A DNA stretch of 64,000 nt from a virus: IMG/VR virus record IMGVR_UViG_3300020472_000019, positions 6,672 to 70,671 of that record; one strand, written 5' to 3'. Of the stretch, positions 28,826 through 38,708 are shown one piece after another (position 1 is the first letter of the stretch; each line of letters starts with the position of its first letter). Below the pieces are notes generated by a model. The model did not search any database, had not been told where the DNA came from, and saw nothing but the letters and a program-made list of their open reading frames with translations. The position numbers were made by a program, and so were the translations under genes.

Positions 28826-30470
28826 ATATTTTATAGTTTCTATTTTCATCCCAAGATTTATTATAGAAATGTTCTTGACCTTCCATCCATTTTTCTATTA
28901 TGTTCAAAACATGACTATCTTTATTTTTAAATTCCATATAGTCTTTTATAAAAGTAAATGAATTTCCAGATACCGTAGGTTTATCATATATTTTTCTTTG
29001 TTGAGCTTCATGTGCAAATATAAAAAATCTTTCAATTCTTTTTTTATAATCACTATATTTACCTTTCCATCGTAAATCAGAAGAAGGATGAGACGGCACC
29101 ATTTCACCTAATGACTCTGTATCTACATAATATCTTTCTGGATTCATAAAAACAGGCGTACCAGAAATTACAACCATTGGATGATCCATACCTACCATTC
29201 CTATTACATTTGGATATCTGGCAAACATATCTAATATATCAATACTCTCTTGAAAATCTTTATCTGTTTCTGTTGGAAATCCTACAAACATTAAAGGTAT
29301 CATTCTAAGTTTATTTTTATTCATTTCATCTAAATGATATTCTATAGCTTCATTAGAAAAATACTTTCCTAATTCTTTTCTTACCTTTTCGCTACCAGAT
29401 TCAATACCACAAGTTGGCTCTAAATAACCAGCTCCTTTCATTAATTCAAACATATTAGGTTTAATTTGATTTTTTTCTCTACATATAAATTGTCCATGAA
29501 TTGAAAAACCAAAGCAATCTTGATAATTCTTATTATGTTTAGAAGATAAATAAGACTTAAATACTTTGAGAGAAGACCTATTCTTTTCTTTCCAATCACT
29601 TACTAGTTCCATCAATTTTAAAAATTCTTTATAATTACCATTTGTCAGACTATCAGTAAATTTAATTTGTTTTACATAAGGATATTTGTTATGTAAATAT
29701 GTGATTTCTTCAAAAATTTTATCTGCACTTTTCCATTTAAATTTTTGCCATAATGTTGGTACATTACAAAATGCACATTTACGTACACAACCTCTGGAGC
29801 CTTTTATAAACAATGCAGGGCTTGGATATTTTTCATAATCAATATCCTCATAATCTGGAGTTGGTATATTATCTTGGTTTTCTATTGGTTTATGATCATA
29901 TGAATTGATGCCAGGGTAATCATAATTTCCTTTTAAATATTCAACAACACTAATTTCAGCATCACCAGAAATATAATCATCTATTAAATTTGATTCTTTC
30001 AGATCATCAAAGAAACTTTTTTTCGGTGGAGTTATGCCATGTGTATAAAATAATGCTTGCTTAGCATTTGATGCTATAACAGGCCCTCCTATAATAATTT
30101 TTACTTTTGGATTTATATTTCTTATTTCTCTAGTCACAATTAAGAGGTTTGGATATGTCCATGTAGAAAAAACAGATATACCTATAATTTTTGGATTGAT
30201 TTTTTTAATTACTTCATCATAAAATTTGTGAAAATATAGGATATATATATCTTCAATATCTTTAATGTCATCTGATAATAGTGTTCTATCCATTATATCC
30301 CAAATATGACTCAAAGATGTATCTTTAGTTTGATTATATAACCACTCATTAAAGTCAATAGCTTTAGCAGAAAATCCAGCTTCCTTAGCACAAGCTGTTA
30401 ATTGTGTTATTGCCAGAATAGGCCCTTTAACTTCTAATTTGGGTATAGATAAAAATATGATATCTGTCAT
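28824..30470 (-). CDS. Radical SAM enzyme with B12-binding-like N-terminal domain
   Basis: SRGCVRKCAFC (CxxxCxxC), IIIGGP, GDAE, GIESGS and VGFPTET motifs. Confidence 0.9.
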   Translation of the reverse strand: MTDIIFLSIPKLEVKGPILAITQLTACAKEAGFSAKAIDFNEWLYNQTKDTSLSHIWDIMDRTLLSDDIKDIEDIYILYFHKFYDEVIKKINPKIIGISVFSTWTYPNLLIVTREIRNINPKVKIIIGGPVIASNAKQALFYTHGITPPKKSFFDDLKESNLIDDYISGDAEISVVEYLKGNYDYPGINSYDHKPIENQDNIPTPDYEDIDYEKYPSPALFIKGSRGCVRKCAFCNVPTLWQKFKWKSADKIFEEITYLHNKYPYVKQIKFTDSLTNGNYKEFLKLMELVSDWKEKNRSSLKVFKSYLSSKHNKNYQDCFGFSIHGQFICREKNQIKPNMFELMKGAGYLEPTCGIESGSEKVRKELGKYFSNEAIEYHLDEMNKNKLRMIPLMFVGFPTETDKDFQESIDILDMFARYPNVIGMVGMDHPMVVISGTPVFMNPERYYVDTESLGEMVPSHPSSDLRWKGKYSDYKKRIERFFIFAHEAQQRKIYDKPTVSGNSFTFIKDYMEFKNKDSHVLNIIEKWMEGQEHFYNKSWDENRNYKI

Positions 30471-31010
30471 TTAAATTCCAGAACTCAAATCTAAGAAATC
30501 TCTGACATGAATTTGCCATATGGTTTGTAAACAATTTTTATATTGTAATTCACTTAAATATGAAAATCTTGGATCATTGTTTACAATCCTTTTAAGATAT
30601 TTATCTAATTTAACGCTGCCAGGATTTTTGGAGTCCAAAACAGAGACACTAGTTAAAAAACATATTCTTTTAGCACCTTGAGAAAATGCATAGTCTATTT
30701 GATAAGGTAGAGTGTAAGTTAGTAATCCAGAACCTTGTATTATTGTTTTGTTTTTTGGAAAGTATTTTCCTCTATATTTTTTAAGTGTTCCTGTTCTTTT
30801 AAAAACAAGATATGTATCTTCATAATAATCACAAAAATTAACAGTATGACTTACCCCAGCTATTTCATCATCAACATAAACTAAAAATAAAGAGTTATTT
30901 AATGGATAATCATTTATATTTTTTTGATTCTGCATACTATCCATTTCTGCCTTTAAAGTAAATTTTAAAAGATCGTTATAATGATTATCGTTATACTGTA
31001 CTACTTTCAT
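30471..31010 (-). CDS. Hypothetical protein, possible GNAT fold
   Basis: LVYVDDEIAG and R..TLKKYRG resemble the GNAT beta-hairpin and motif A; weak. Confidence 0.45.
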   Translation of the reverse strand: MKVVQYNDNHYNDLLKFTLKAEMDSMQNQKNINDYPLNNSLFLVYVDDEIAGVSHTVNFCDYYEDTYLVFKRTGTLKKYRGKYFPKNKTIIQGSGLLTYTLPYQIDYAFSQGAKRICFLTSVSVLDSKNPGSVKLDKYLKRIVNNDPRFSYLSELQYKNCLQTIWQIHVRDFLDLSSGI

Positions 31011-31459
31011 CCTAATATTCCAACTATATGTATTCTATCTTCTTTAGAAGCATTTAGTGCTGTATGCATTTTTGTTGTATCAACAATGTAAGAGTAACCA
31101 TCAGCTGGTAAATGAAATTGAACACCATCTACTAGCAAGAAACAATGTGGGTTTGTTTTAATTGGTATATGGAGTCTCTTAGTTGTATCATTATGCCAAT
31201 AATAACAATAGTGAGAAGGTAAACGCATTAGTCTTGTTCTTGTTAAAGATTCTTTTTTCATTAATTCATTTATATAAGGAATATCGTATAATGGAATATT
31301 ATATTCATGCTCTTTATTATCTACATCCAAATAGTTTTCTGACATAGGATCACAACCTACTTCTTTTCCTTGTAGATAAATCTGTTTATCAAATTTTGGT
31401 AAAGTGTTTATTTCCTCTTTAATCCAATCAAGATCAATTTTTTTATGTTTTTCCCACAT
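31007..31459 (-). CDS. Aspartyl/asparaginyl beta-hydroxylase-like 2OG-Fe(II) enzyme
   Basis: RTRLM, WHND, RLHIPIKTN, DTTKMHTALN and RIHIV motifs. Confidence 0.85.
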   Translation of the reverse strand: MWEKHKKIDLDWIKEEINTLPKFDKQIYLQGKEVGCDPMSENYLDVDNKEHEYNIPLYDIPYINELMKKESLTRTRLMRLPSHYCYYWHNDTTKRLHIPIKTNPHCFLLVDGVQFHLPADGYSYIVDTTKMHTALNASKEDRIHIVGILG

Positions 31460-32784
31460 TATATTATTTTTTCCTTGTATTTTTCTATTACATTTTTAGT
31501 TCTTAATTCAATTTCTTTTCTATCATCAATAGTAAGTTTTGATGTTTGTTCTGGTGTGTATCCTAGATTTCGTAATCTATTATAAAAAGTAAAACCAGAA
31601 ATACTAGTTATTGGTGTATTTACAATATCTATAGCTTCATCATATGTTAGGTTGTCATTATACCATTTTCCATTCTTGTCTATAGTATAACCAAATTTTG
31701 AAGGATTAGAACCAAGAATACTTTTTTTACCTAAAGAAAGAACTTGCATACTCCAGTTATCTATAGGACTATTTTTTAACCATTTTACAGAATCTTTTAA
31801 AGTTTCTTTTGTTTCATATGGTAGGCCTGCTATGAAGCCTAGTGAAATTTGTAATTCTGGATATTGTTTTTTAATATCTAGCAGCCCTTGCTTAATTTTA
31901 TCTGGATGCATACCTTTACCTACAAATTTTCCAGATTTATGATTAAAACTTTCTATTCCAAAGAATACACTTTTCATACCACTTTCAATTAATTGTGGTA
32001 ATGTTTCTGGTCTTGATAATATAAGATCAAGTCTTGCGTATGTGCTAAATTCAATATCAAATGGTAATTTTTTAATCATATTATTAAAAGAAGAAACTTT
32101 TTCTGGACTATCGTTATAAGTATCATCACAAAACATATATCCTGTAGTTCCAAATTTAATCCAATTTTCCATCAATTCTTGTTTTACAACTTCTGGACTT
32201 TTGCAAAATTCCCATAACTTTTTACCATTTAAATTATATGAACAAAATTTACATTTAAAAATACAACCTCTTGCGATTTCTATAGGTAAATGTTCTCCTT
32301 CAAAAATATTATCTTTAGTTGTCCAATTTATTTTACTTTGTGTAAAGTCAAAATTTTTGTTAAATTTTATTTCTCCCTCACCATAAATATTTTCAACATT
32401 AGAAAATTCATTTTTTACTTTTGATCCACCTATGCAAATTTTTAAACCTAAACTTTTAATATAATCAAACAGTTCATCAGCTTCCACTTTTGATAAACCA
32501 ATGCAAGTAGTTTCTTTTATTTTATTTGTAGTTTGAAATCTATTAAGAAAAACATCAAAGTTTCTAGGGGCTAGGAATGTACTACTAAATCCTACCCATT
32601 CGGTGTTTTTTCTTTTATGCTTTCTGATAATATCTTTTAGTTCTTTAATAGTATATGACATCATATAGTCAATAATAGTAACCTCATTTCCACTATTTCT
32701 AAGTTCTGTAGCAAGTCTATATGTTCCAGCATATTTTCCTATGCCAAGACTACCATTAATGTCCGTAAATAATATGCAATGCAT
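31459..32784 (-). CDS. Radical SAM enzyme (B12-binding class-like)
   Basis: EIARGCIFKCKFC, DDTYND, FGIESF and IAGLPYET motifs. Start placed at ATG 32784 (MHCILFTD). Confidence 0.9.
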   Translation of the reverse strand: MHCILFTDINGSLGIGKYAGTYRLATELRNSGNEVTIIDYMMSYTIKELKDIIRKHKRKNTEWVGFSSTFLAPRNFDVFLNRFQTTNKIKETTCIGLSKVEADELFDYIKSLGLKICIGGSKVKNEFSNVENIYGEGEIKFNKNFDFTQSKINWTTKDNIFEGEHLPIEIARGCIFKCKFCSYNLNGKKLWEFCKSPEVVKQELMENWIKFGTTGYMFCDDTYNDSPEKVSSFNNMIKKLPFDIEFSTYARLDLILSRPETLPQLIESGMKSVFFGIESFNHKSGKFVGKGMHPDKIKQGLLDIKKQYPELQISLGFIAGLPYETKETLKDSVKWLKNSPIDNWSMQVLSLGKKSILGSNPSKFGYTIDKNGKWYNDNLTYDEAIDIVNTPITSISGFTFYNRLRNLGYTPEQTSKLTIDDRKEIELRTKNVIEKYKEKII

Positions 32785-33454
32785 CACAATCTTTCCTAAA
32801 GGTGCCATCAAGTCTTAAACAAAAGGTAGCATCAGCTACACCATCACTTCCATGTTCTTGATTTTCATCAAACCAAGCACAAGTACAATCTGGATAATAC
32901 TTTTTATCTCCATCTTTAATCCAAAAACGCATAGCATTTTTATCTATTGTTAACCATAACATATCTGGTTTGTTTGCATAGTTATCATCAATACTATCTC
33001 TATGTGCTGTTAATTTAGCAAAAGAATTTAAAATAAATAATTGTATTCTGCTCACTTCTTTAAACGGAGATTTATTTTCTATCCAATCAATTAGGTTTGG
33101 AAAATGTTTAGCATTTTCAGTATATTTAGAGCCAAGTTCTGTATGTCTAGTATGATATGTTTTTGGTATTTTAATATGCAAGTTCTCTACAGGGTAGTGT
33201 ATCTTATAATAGTATTTAATATACTCTCTAATCTGATCATGATCTAAATCCTTTAAATAATCTGAATCTTGTTCTTTAAACAAATTCTCAAATTCATAAG
33301 GATGTTTTAAATCTGGATAGCCTTCTATTCCTGTTGCTCTACTGCCAGGATGGCACAATCCTTTTCTACCTTTACTAATACCTATACATATTTCTCTAGC
33401 AGCTGAAGAAATAAAGCTATCAATATCTACGTATTCATCTAAATTTATAAACAT
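32756..33454 (-). CDS. Putative cupin / 2OG-Fe(II) hydroxylase-like protein
   Basis: HRD, WFD...HG and LRLDG jelly-roll pattern. Confidence 0.55.
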   Translation of the reverse strand: MFINLDEYVDIDSFISSAAREICIGISKGRKGLCHPGSRATGIEGYPDLKHPYEFENLFKEQDSDYLKDLDHDQIREYIKYYYKIHYPVENLHIKIPKTYHTRHTELGSKYTENAKHFPNLIDWIENKSPFKEVSRIQLFILNSFAKLTAHRDSIDDNYANKPDMLWLTIDKNAMRFWIKDGDKKYYPDCTCAWFDENQEHGSDGVADATFCLRLDGTFRKDCDALHIIYGH

Positions 33455-33532
33455 GGTTAAAAATATTTAGGGGGGTAAAGAAATAAAAAAAGGTACTTGA
33501 CAAATTAATTGAGTTAGTATAGTATAAGTAAT

Positions 33533-33811
33533 ATGTACAAATACAGTGAAGACAAAACTCTTTCAGAATTGAAAGAATACATTGATTCTACCTATGAATC
33601 ACATTACAGTAAAAATAAATTTCAGGCAACTGAGTTCATCATTGATGGAGGCCACGGTGAAGGATTTTGTATAGGAAATATTTTGAAGTATGCTCAAAGG
33701 TATGGAAAAAAGAATGGCAAAGACCGAAAGGACTTGCTAAAAGTTATACACTATGGTATAATTGCACTACACATAAATGATATGGAGAATATAGATAATG
33801 AATCTAAGTGA
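33533..33811 (+). CDS. DUF3310 / SaV-like conserved phage protein
   Basis: HYS, GFCIGNILKYAQRYGKK and DLLK motifs; preceded by a TTGACA-N17-TAGTAT promoter. Confidence 0.8.
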   Translation: MYKYSEDKTLSELKEYIDSTYESHYSKNKFQATEFIIDGGHGEGFCIGNILKYAQRYGKKNGKDRKDLLKVIHYGIIALHINDMENIDNESK

Positions 33812-34472
33812 ACAAACAGTTTCTATTTTAAAGAACTTTTCATCAATAAATCAAAACCTCTTGGTAAAACAAGGTAAGGTTATTAATACAATGTCAGCAA
33901 TGAAAAACATTGTTGCAAAGGCTGAAGTGGAAGAGGAATTTCCAGTTGAGTTTGCAATTTATGACTTAAATGAATTTTTGTCTTGTTTATCAATTTTTTC
34001 AAAACCAGAGTTAACTTTTGAAGATGGTTTTGTTATTATAAATGAAACAGGGTCAAAAGGTAAAAAACTCAAGTATTGGTTTTCAGATCCATCTGTAGTA
34101 ACTTCCCCTAGTAAAGACCTTGTAATGCCTTCAGTAGATGTTACATTTCCTTTTTCTAGTGATATACTTTCTGAAATAACCAAGGCAGCAGCAGTTATTA
34201 ATGCTCCAGATATGGTTTTGGATGGTGTAGAATTACGTGTTACAGATAAGAAAAACGATACTGCAAATAACTATTCAAGACAGTTAGATGTTTCTACTGT
34301 AACTTCTACAAATAGTGTATATAAATTTTGGTTTAAGGTTGAAAACTTAAAGGTTTTGCCTGGAAATTATGATGTAGAAGTTTCTGCCAAAAAAATAAGT
34401 CACTTTGTAAATTCAGTTTTACCAATACAATATTGGATTGCCTTAGAACCAGAATCATCTTACGGAGAATAA
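33798..34472 (+). CDS. gp45: Sliding clamp gp45
   Basis: LKNFSSINQ, FAIYDLNEFL, KVENLK and YWIALE motifs. Confidence 0.95.
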   Translation: MNLSEQTVSILKNFSSINQNLLVKQGKVINTMSAMKNIVAKAEVEEEFPVEFAIYDLNEFLSCLSIFSKPELTFEDGFVIINETGSKGKKLKYWFSDPSVVTSPSKDLVMPSVDVTFPFSSDILSEITKAAAVINAPDMVLDGVELRVTDKKNDTANNYSRQLDVSTVTSTNSVYKFWFKVENLKVLPGNYDVEVSAKKISHFVNSVLPIQYWIALEPESSYGE

Positions 34473-34476
34473 AATA

Positions 34477-35412
34477 ATGAGCTCATTTTTGTGGGTAGAG
34501 GAATATCGTCCTAAAGATGTAGAGTCCTGTATACTCCCTTTGGGCCTTAAAGATACCTTTAAGGAATTTATTAAACAAGGAAATATACCAAACTTAATAT
34601 TGTCTGGTGGTTCTGGTGTAGGTAAAACAACCATTGCAAAAGCAATGCTTGATGAATTAGGTTGTACCTATATAATGATAAATGGTTCTGAGGAATCAGG
34701 CATTGATGTTCTTAGAACTAAAATCAAAAACTTTGCTTCTACGGTATCTCTAGAAGGTGGTCGTAAATACATTATTCTAGATGAAGCAGATTATTTAAAT
34801 CCACAATCTACTCAACCAGCCTTACGTGGGTTCATGGAAGAGTTTCATAAAAATTGTGGATTTATTTTTACGTGTAACTATAAGAATCGTTTGATAGAAC
34901 CTTTACACTCTCGTTGTAGTGTAATAGAGTTTATGATTCCTAATTCTGAAAAACCAAAACTCGCTTCTGAATTTATGAAAAGAGTTGTGGATATTTTAGA
35001 AAAAGAAAACGTCAAATTTGATGAAAGAGTTGTTGCAGAACTTATTAATAAATTCTTTCCAGATTGGAGAAGGGTATTAAATGAATTACAAAGATATGCT
35101 CCATCTGGTACAATTGATGCTGGTATACTAGTTAATATTGCCGAAATAAATATTAAAGAGTTAATGCACTCTATGAAAAATAAGGAGTTTACTAATGTTC
35201 GGAGATGGGTTGTTGATAATCTTGACATGGATCATGTACGTCTTTATCGCCATATTTACGATAGCTTGTATACTTTTCTTGACGGTAGTTCTATACCTCA
35301 TGTTGTCGTTATATTGGCTGAGTACAGTCACAAGGCAGCATTTTCCGCCGATCAAGAGATAAACCTTCTTGCTTGTTTGACAGAAATAATGGCAAGGGGA
35401 AAGTTTAAGTGA
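34477..35412 (+). CDS. gp44: Clamp loader large subunit gp44
   Basis: LWVEEYRP, GGSGVGKTT, ILDEAD and PLHSRC motifs. Confidence 0.96.
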   Translation: MSSFLWVEEYRPKDVESCILPLGLKDTFKEFIKQGNIPNLILSGGSGVGKTTIAKAMLDELGCTYIMINGSEESGIDVLRTKIKNFASTVSLEGGRKYIILDEADYLNPQSTQPALRGFMEEFHKNCGFIFTCNYKNRLIEPLHSRCSVIEFMIPNSEKPKLASEFMKRVVDILEKENVKFDERVVAELINKFFPDWRRVLNELQRYAPSGTIDAGILVNIAEINIKELMHSMKNKEFTNVRRWVVDNLDMDHVRLYRHIYDSLYTFLDGSSIPHVVVILAEYSHKAAFSADQEINLLACLTEIMARGKFK

Positions 35413-35939
35413 CCATAGATGTATATGATGATGTTTTAGAAGAACATAATGCTATTTTGGTTGATGATTGTGTTAAACAAATATCTTGGAAATATGATTA
35501 TCACTCCAATAATAAAAAGGTAAATAAACATTGGCACGTTTTATGTGGCCACAACAAAAAAGAATGTGAAGATTCTGGATTTGATTGGGCTCATAATATG
35601 TTTGAAATGTTTAGTCATACATTAGGATTTAATGAAAAATATTCTATAGAAGATTATGTGAGAATTTATTGCAATGCTCATACACACGGTATAGAACCAC
35701 ATTTACATAAAGATGATGGTGATTTTACTATGATATTCTATCCTAGAATGTATTGGAATACAGATGAATGGGGTGGTGGTACATTAATTGATGGCCAACT
35801 AGTTCCATATAAGAGTAATAGGTTGGTAGTATTTGATGCTAAATTAGAACATAAAGCTATGTCAGTTTCTAGAGAGTGTTATGAACTTAGAACTTGTGTA
35901 GTTTTTAAATGTAATATAAAAGGAGCCAATCATGTATGA
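35409..35939 (+). CDS. 2OG-Fe(II) oxygenase
   Basis: HKD, WGGGT, NRLVVFD...H and R.CVVFK motifs. Confidence 0.85.
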   Translation: MTIDVYDDVLEEHNAILVDDCVKQISWKYDYHSNNKKVNKHWHVLCGHNKKECEDSGFDWAHNMFEMFSHTLGFNEKYSIEDYVRIYCNAHTHGIEPHLHKDDGDFTMIFYPRMYWNTDEWGGGTLIDGQLVPYKSNRLVVFDAKLEHKAMSVSRECYELRTCVVFKCNIKGANHV

Positions 35940-36051
35940 GTTAAAAGTTCCTAATGGAACATATAAATCCGATAATTTATTTTGGTTATTTGTAGCTGTA
36001 TTTCGTCATAGATTCCACCATTTAATTAAAGATAGGAAATGGATGGACTAA
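35932..36051 (+). CDS. Small ORF (39 aa) starting MYELK, not in the ORF track
   Basis: AAGGAG RBS; MYELKVPNGTYKSDNLFWLFVAVFRHRFHHLIKDRKWMD; TAATG coupling to the next gene. Confidence 0.55.
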   Translation: MYELKVPNGTYKSDNLFWLFVAVFRHRFHHLIKDRKWMD

Positions 36052-36488
36052 TGTTAGTCCAAACTCTTTTTGGTCTTGAAGAAATAGAAGAAACTAAACA
36101 ATGTATAAAATGTTTAGAAGTAAAACCTTTTGCAGAATTTCAAGCTAGATCTTATAATAGACAAGGAAATCCTTCTGAAATACGAAATGATTGCAAAAAA
36201 TGTCAAAGAAAAGAAAGTAAAGTAGTTCAAAAATTAAAGAAATATCATTCTGTACCATCAGAAGATAAAGAATGTATTGGTTGTGGTGAAAAAGAAAAAG
36301 ATAAACGGATGAGAATTAATCCTAGAAGAAAAACTTTATGGACTGCTGATCATGATCATAAAACTGGTAAATTTCGTGGCTATTTGTGTGATTATTGTAA
36401 TACTATATTAGCAAGAGCTAATGATGATTCAGAAACACTAATAAGACTTGCAAAATATTTAGAGAAACATAAAAAATGTATGAATTAA
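36051..36488 (+). CDS. Endonuclease VII-like (His-Me finger) nuclease
   Basis: CxxC pairs and DHDHKTGKFRGYLCDYCN motif. Confidence 0.85.
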   Translation: MLVQTLFGLEEIEETKQCIKCLEVKPFAEFQARSYNRQGNPSEIRNDCKKCQRKESKVVQKLKKYHSVPSEDKECIGCGEKEKDKRMRINPRRKTLWTADHDHKTGKFRGYLCDYCNTILARANDDSETLIRLAKYLEKHKKCMN

Positions 36489-36871
36489 AAGATTATCTTA
36501 ATTCCATTAATTATTCAAAAAAACCTATAATGGATACCGAAGATGAACAGTGGGAAAAGAAATATCCTGCTTTTATCGTAAATAAATGTATTGCTCCATT
36601 TCCAGATACTATTCAATTAGTTAATGAAATGAATATAAACCACCACCTAGATAAGAAACTCCAGTTTGATTTTTTACTAAATAGTATTAGACCAAGAAAA
36701 AGATATACTCCTTGGATGAAGGCGAAGAAATTAAAGAATCTTGAGTATGTTAAAGAGTTTTATGGATATAATAATGCAAAAGCAAAGGTGGCTCTTAGTA
36801 TACTAACCGATGATCAAATTTCTGCCATAAAACAAAAAATGAATAAAGGTGGAAGAAATGGAAGAAGTTAA
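36476..36871 (+). CDS. gp62: Clamp loader small subunit gp62
   Basis: YLNSIN, Y..FIVN, NEMN, QFDFLLN and VKEFYGY motifs. Confidence 0.93.
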   Translation: MYELKDYLNSINYSKKPIMDTEDEQWEKKYPAFIVNKCIAPFPDTIQLVNEMNINHHLDKKLQFDFLLNSIRPRKRYTPWMKAKKLKNLEYVKEFYGYNNAKAKVALSILTDDQISAIKQKMNKGGRNGRS

Positions 36872-37262
36872 TTGGACACAGGAGCAAATGTTAGAGGTCG
36901 GGCTCAAGGAGCCCGATGATTTTCTAAAGGTACGTGAGACACTATCACGTATCGGTGTAGCTTCAAGAAAAGAAAGAAAATTATATCAATCCTGCCATAT
37001 ACTACATAAGCAGGGAAAATATTTTATTGTGCATTTTAAAGAGTTATTTGCTCTTGATGGCAAGAAAACAAATTTATCAGAAAATGATATTGCACGTAGA
37101 AATACAATTGCTAAATTACTTAGTGATTGGGGTTTAATTATTGTTAAAGAAGAACCTAGTTTAGTGGCTCCATTAAGCCAAATAAAAATTTTAACCTTTC
37201 AAGAAAAGGATGAATGGGAGTTAGAAACCAAATATAATATTGGTAAAAAGAAAGAGGCCTAA
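36858..37262 (+). CDS. regA: Translational repressor RegA
   Basis: DDFLKVRETLSRIGVAS and LYQSCHILHKQGKYFIVHFKELFALDG motifs. Confidence 0.97.
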   Translation: MEEVNWTQEQMLEVGLKEPDDFLKVRETLSRIGVASRKERKLYQSCHILHKQGKYFIVHFKELFALDGKKTNLSENDIARRNTIAKLLSDWGLIIVKEEPSLVAPLSQIKILTFQEKDEWELETKYNIGKKKEA

Positions 37263-38677
37263 TGGAAAAGTTTAAGTCCTTTATTACGGAAGAAGTAAAA
37301 GATAAAATAACTGCTCTCATTTTAACAAGTTCTAAATCTAAAAAACCAGAACTTGTTACAGGAATGATATTGGAAGAATGTGGTAAATTAGGCCTGCCCT
37401 GTTACCCTGTTGTTGTGTCTGAAGCATGGATTGCTGATAACGATATTGAAAGGGGTACGGTAAAAATAAAAAATTATGATGGTAATGAAAAAGACATTGA
37501 TATTACAACTTCTGAAACTGTAGTATTTGTTCGTGCTGGTAGTTTAGAAACAGAAATTGGACTTGCACTTTTAGGAACACTACAAAATGCTGGATGTTTC
37601 ATGATTAATGATCGTGATGGAATGTTAACTTGTGATAATAAAATGTCAGCTTATACAGCATTTGAACGTAATGGTGTTAATACTCCACGAACATCATTAG
37701 TGAATAATGTTAAAAGTGTTGAAGATGCACATAAACGTATTGGTGGTAGATTTCCAGTAATTATTAAAACAGTAACAGGAACACAAGGTATTGGTATATC
37801 TAAAGTTAATGATATGGAATCTATGGTATCTGTTATTCAATCTCTTTGGAAATATAATGCATCACTTATTATTCAAGAATTTTTAAAGATGGATTTTGAT
37901 GTTAGAACAATAGTTATAAATGGTCGTATTTGTGCATCAACAAAGAGAATAAAACCTCCAAAAGATTTTCGTTCTAATAGACATAGAGGTGCTAAAACAG
38001 AACCATATAAATTGAGTGAAGAAGAAATAAAAGTTTTATTGTCAGCTGCTAGAGCTACTGGTGCTTATATGGTTGGAGTAGACCATGCTGTTGTAGGTAA
38101 TAACATTTATGTTTTGGAGTGTAATGGTTCGCCAGGATTACGTTCTAATTTTCAAAGTTATGATATTACACAAATACCACAAGTTCCTTCAAAAGAAGAA
38201 AAGGTTGTTAAATTCATTTTACAATATTTACAAAATCCAGTTCATCGTAAACATAAATTTAATTTAGAAGCTGGGTATCATGAAACATTAGATATTGAAG
38301 GATACGGGCCTATTCGTGCAAAATTTGATACTGGTAATGGTACAAAAGCATCTATGTTTGTTGTAGATAAAATGGATGTTTCTGGTAAAAATGTTAAGTG
38401 GGAAAAAGATGGTAAAAAATTTAATAGTAAAATTATTGGTGTTTCCCATCCACAACACGTAGATAAAATTGATGAACGTCCTATAGTAACTGTTAATATT
38501 AAGTTTAATAATATGAAATATATGGATGTACCGATTGGTCTTACAACAAAAGATTCGGCTAGTACATTTCTTATTAATAGAGATTTGTTAACTAGATTTA
38601 GGGTTTCTGTCAATCCAAATAGAAAATTTGTTTTATCTAGTTGGAGTCCTAAAGGTGATATGACAGATAGTACTTGA
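37262..38677 (+). CDS. RimK-family ATP-grasp ligase fused to a RimB-like (retropepsin-fold) protease
   Basis: PVIIK...GTQGIG, IIQEF, DVR, FRSN and VLECNGSPG; C-terminal AKFDTGNG...ERP...LINR. Confidence 0.88.
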   Translation: MEKFKSFITEEVKDKITALILTSSKSKKPELVTGMILEECGKLGLPCYPVVVSEAWIADNDIERGTVKIKNYDGNEKDIDITTSETVVFVRAGSLETEIGLALLGTLQNAGCFMINDRDGMLTCDNKMSAYTAFERNGVNTPRTSLVNNVKSVEDAHKRIGGRFPVIIKTVTGTQGIGISKVNDMESMVSVIQSLWKYNASLIIQEFLKMDFDVRTIVINGRICASTKRIKPPKDFRSNRHRGAKTEPYKLSEEEIKVLLSAARATGAYMVGVDHAVVGNNIYVLECNGSPGLRSNFQSYDITQIPQVPSKEEKVVKFILQYLQNPVHRKHKFNLEAGYHETLDIEGYGPIRAKFDTGNGTKASMFVVDKMDVSGKNVKWEKDGKKFNSKIIGVSHPQHVDKIDERPIVTVNIKFNNMKYMDVPIGLTTKDSASTFLINRDLLTRFRVSVNPNRKFVLSSWSPKGDMTDST

Positions 38678-38708
38678 CTTTTATTATATAATGTGATATA
38701 AACATAAT

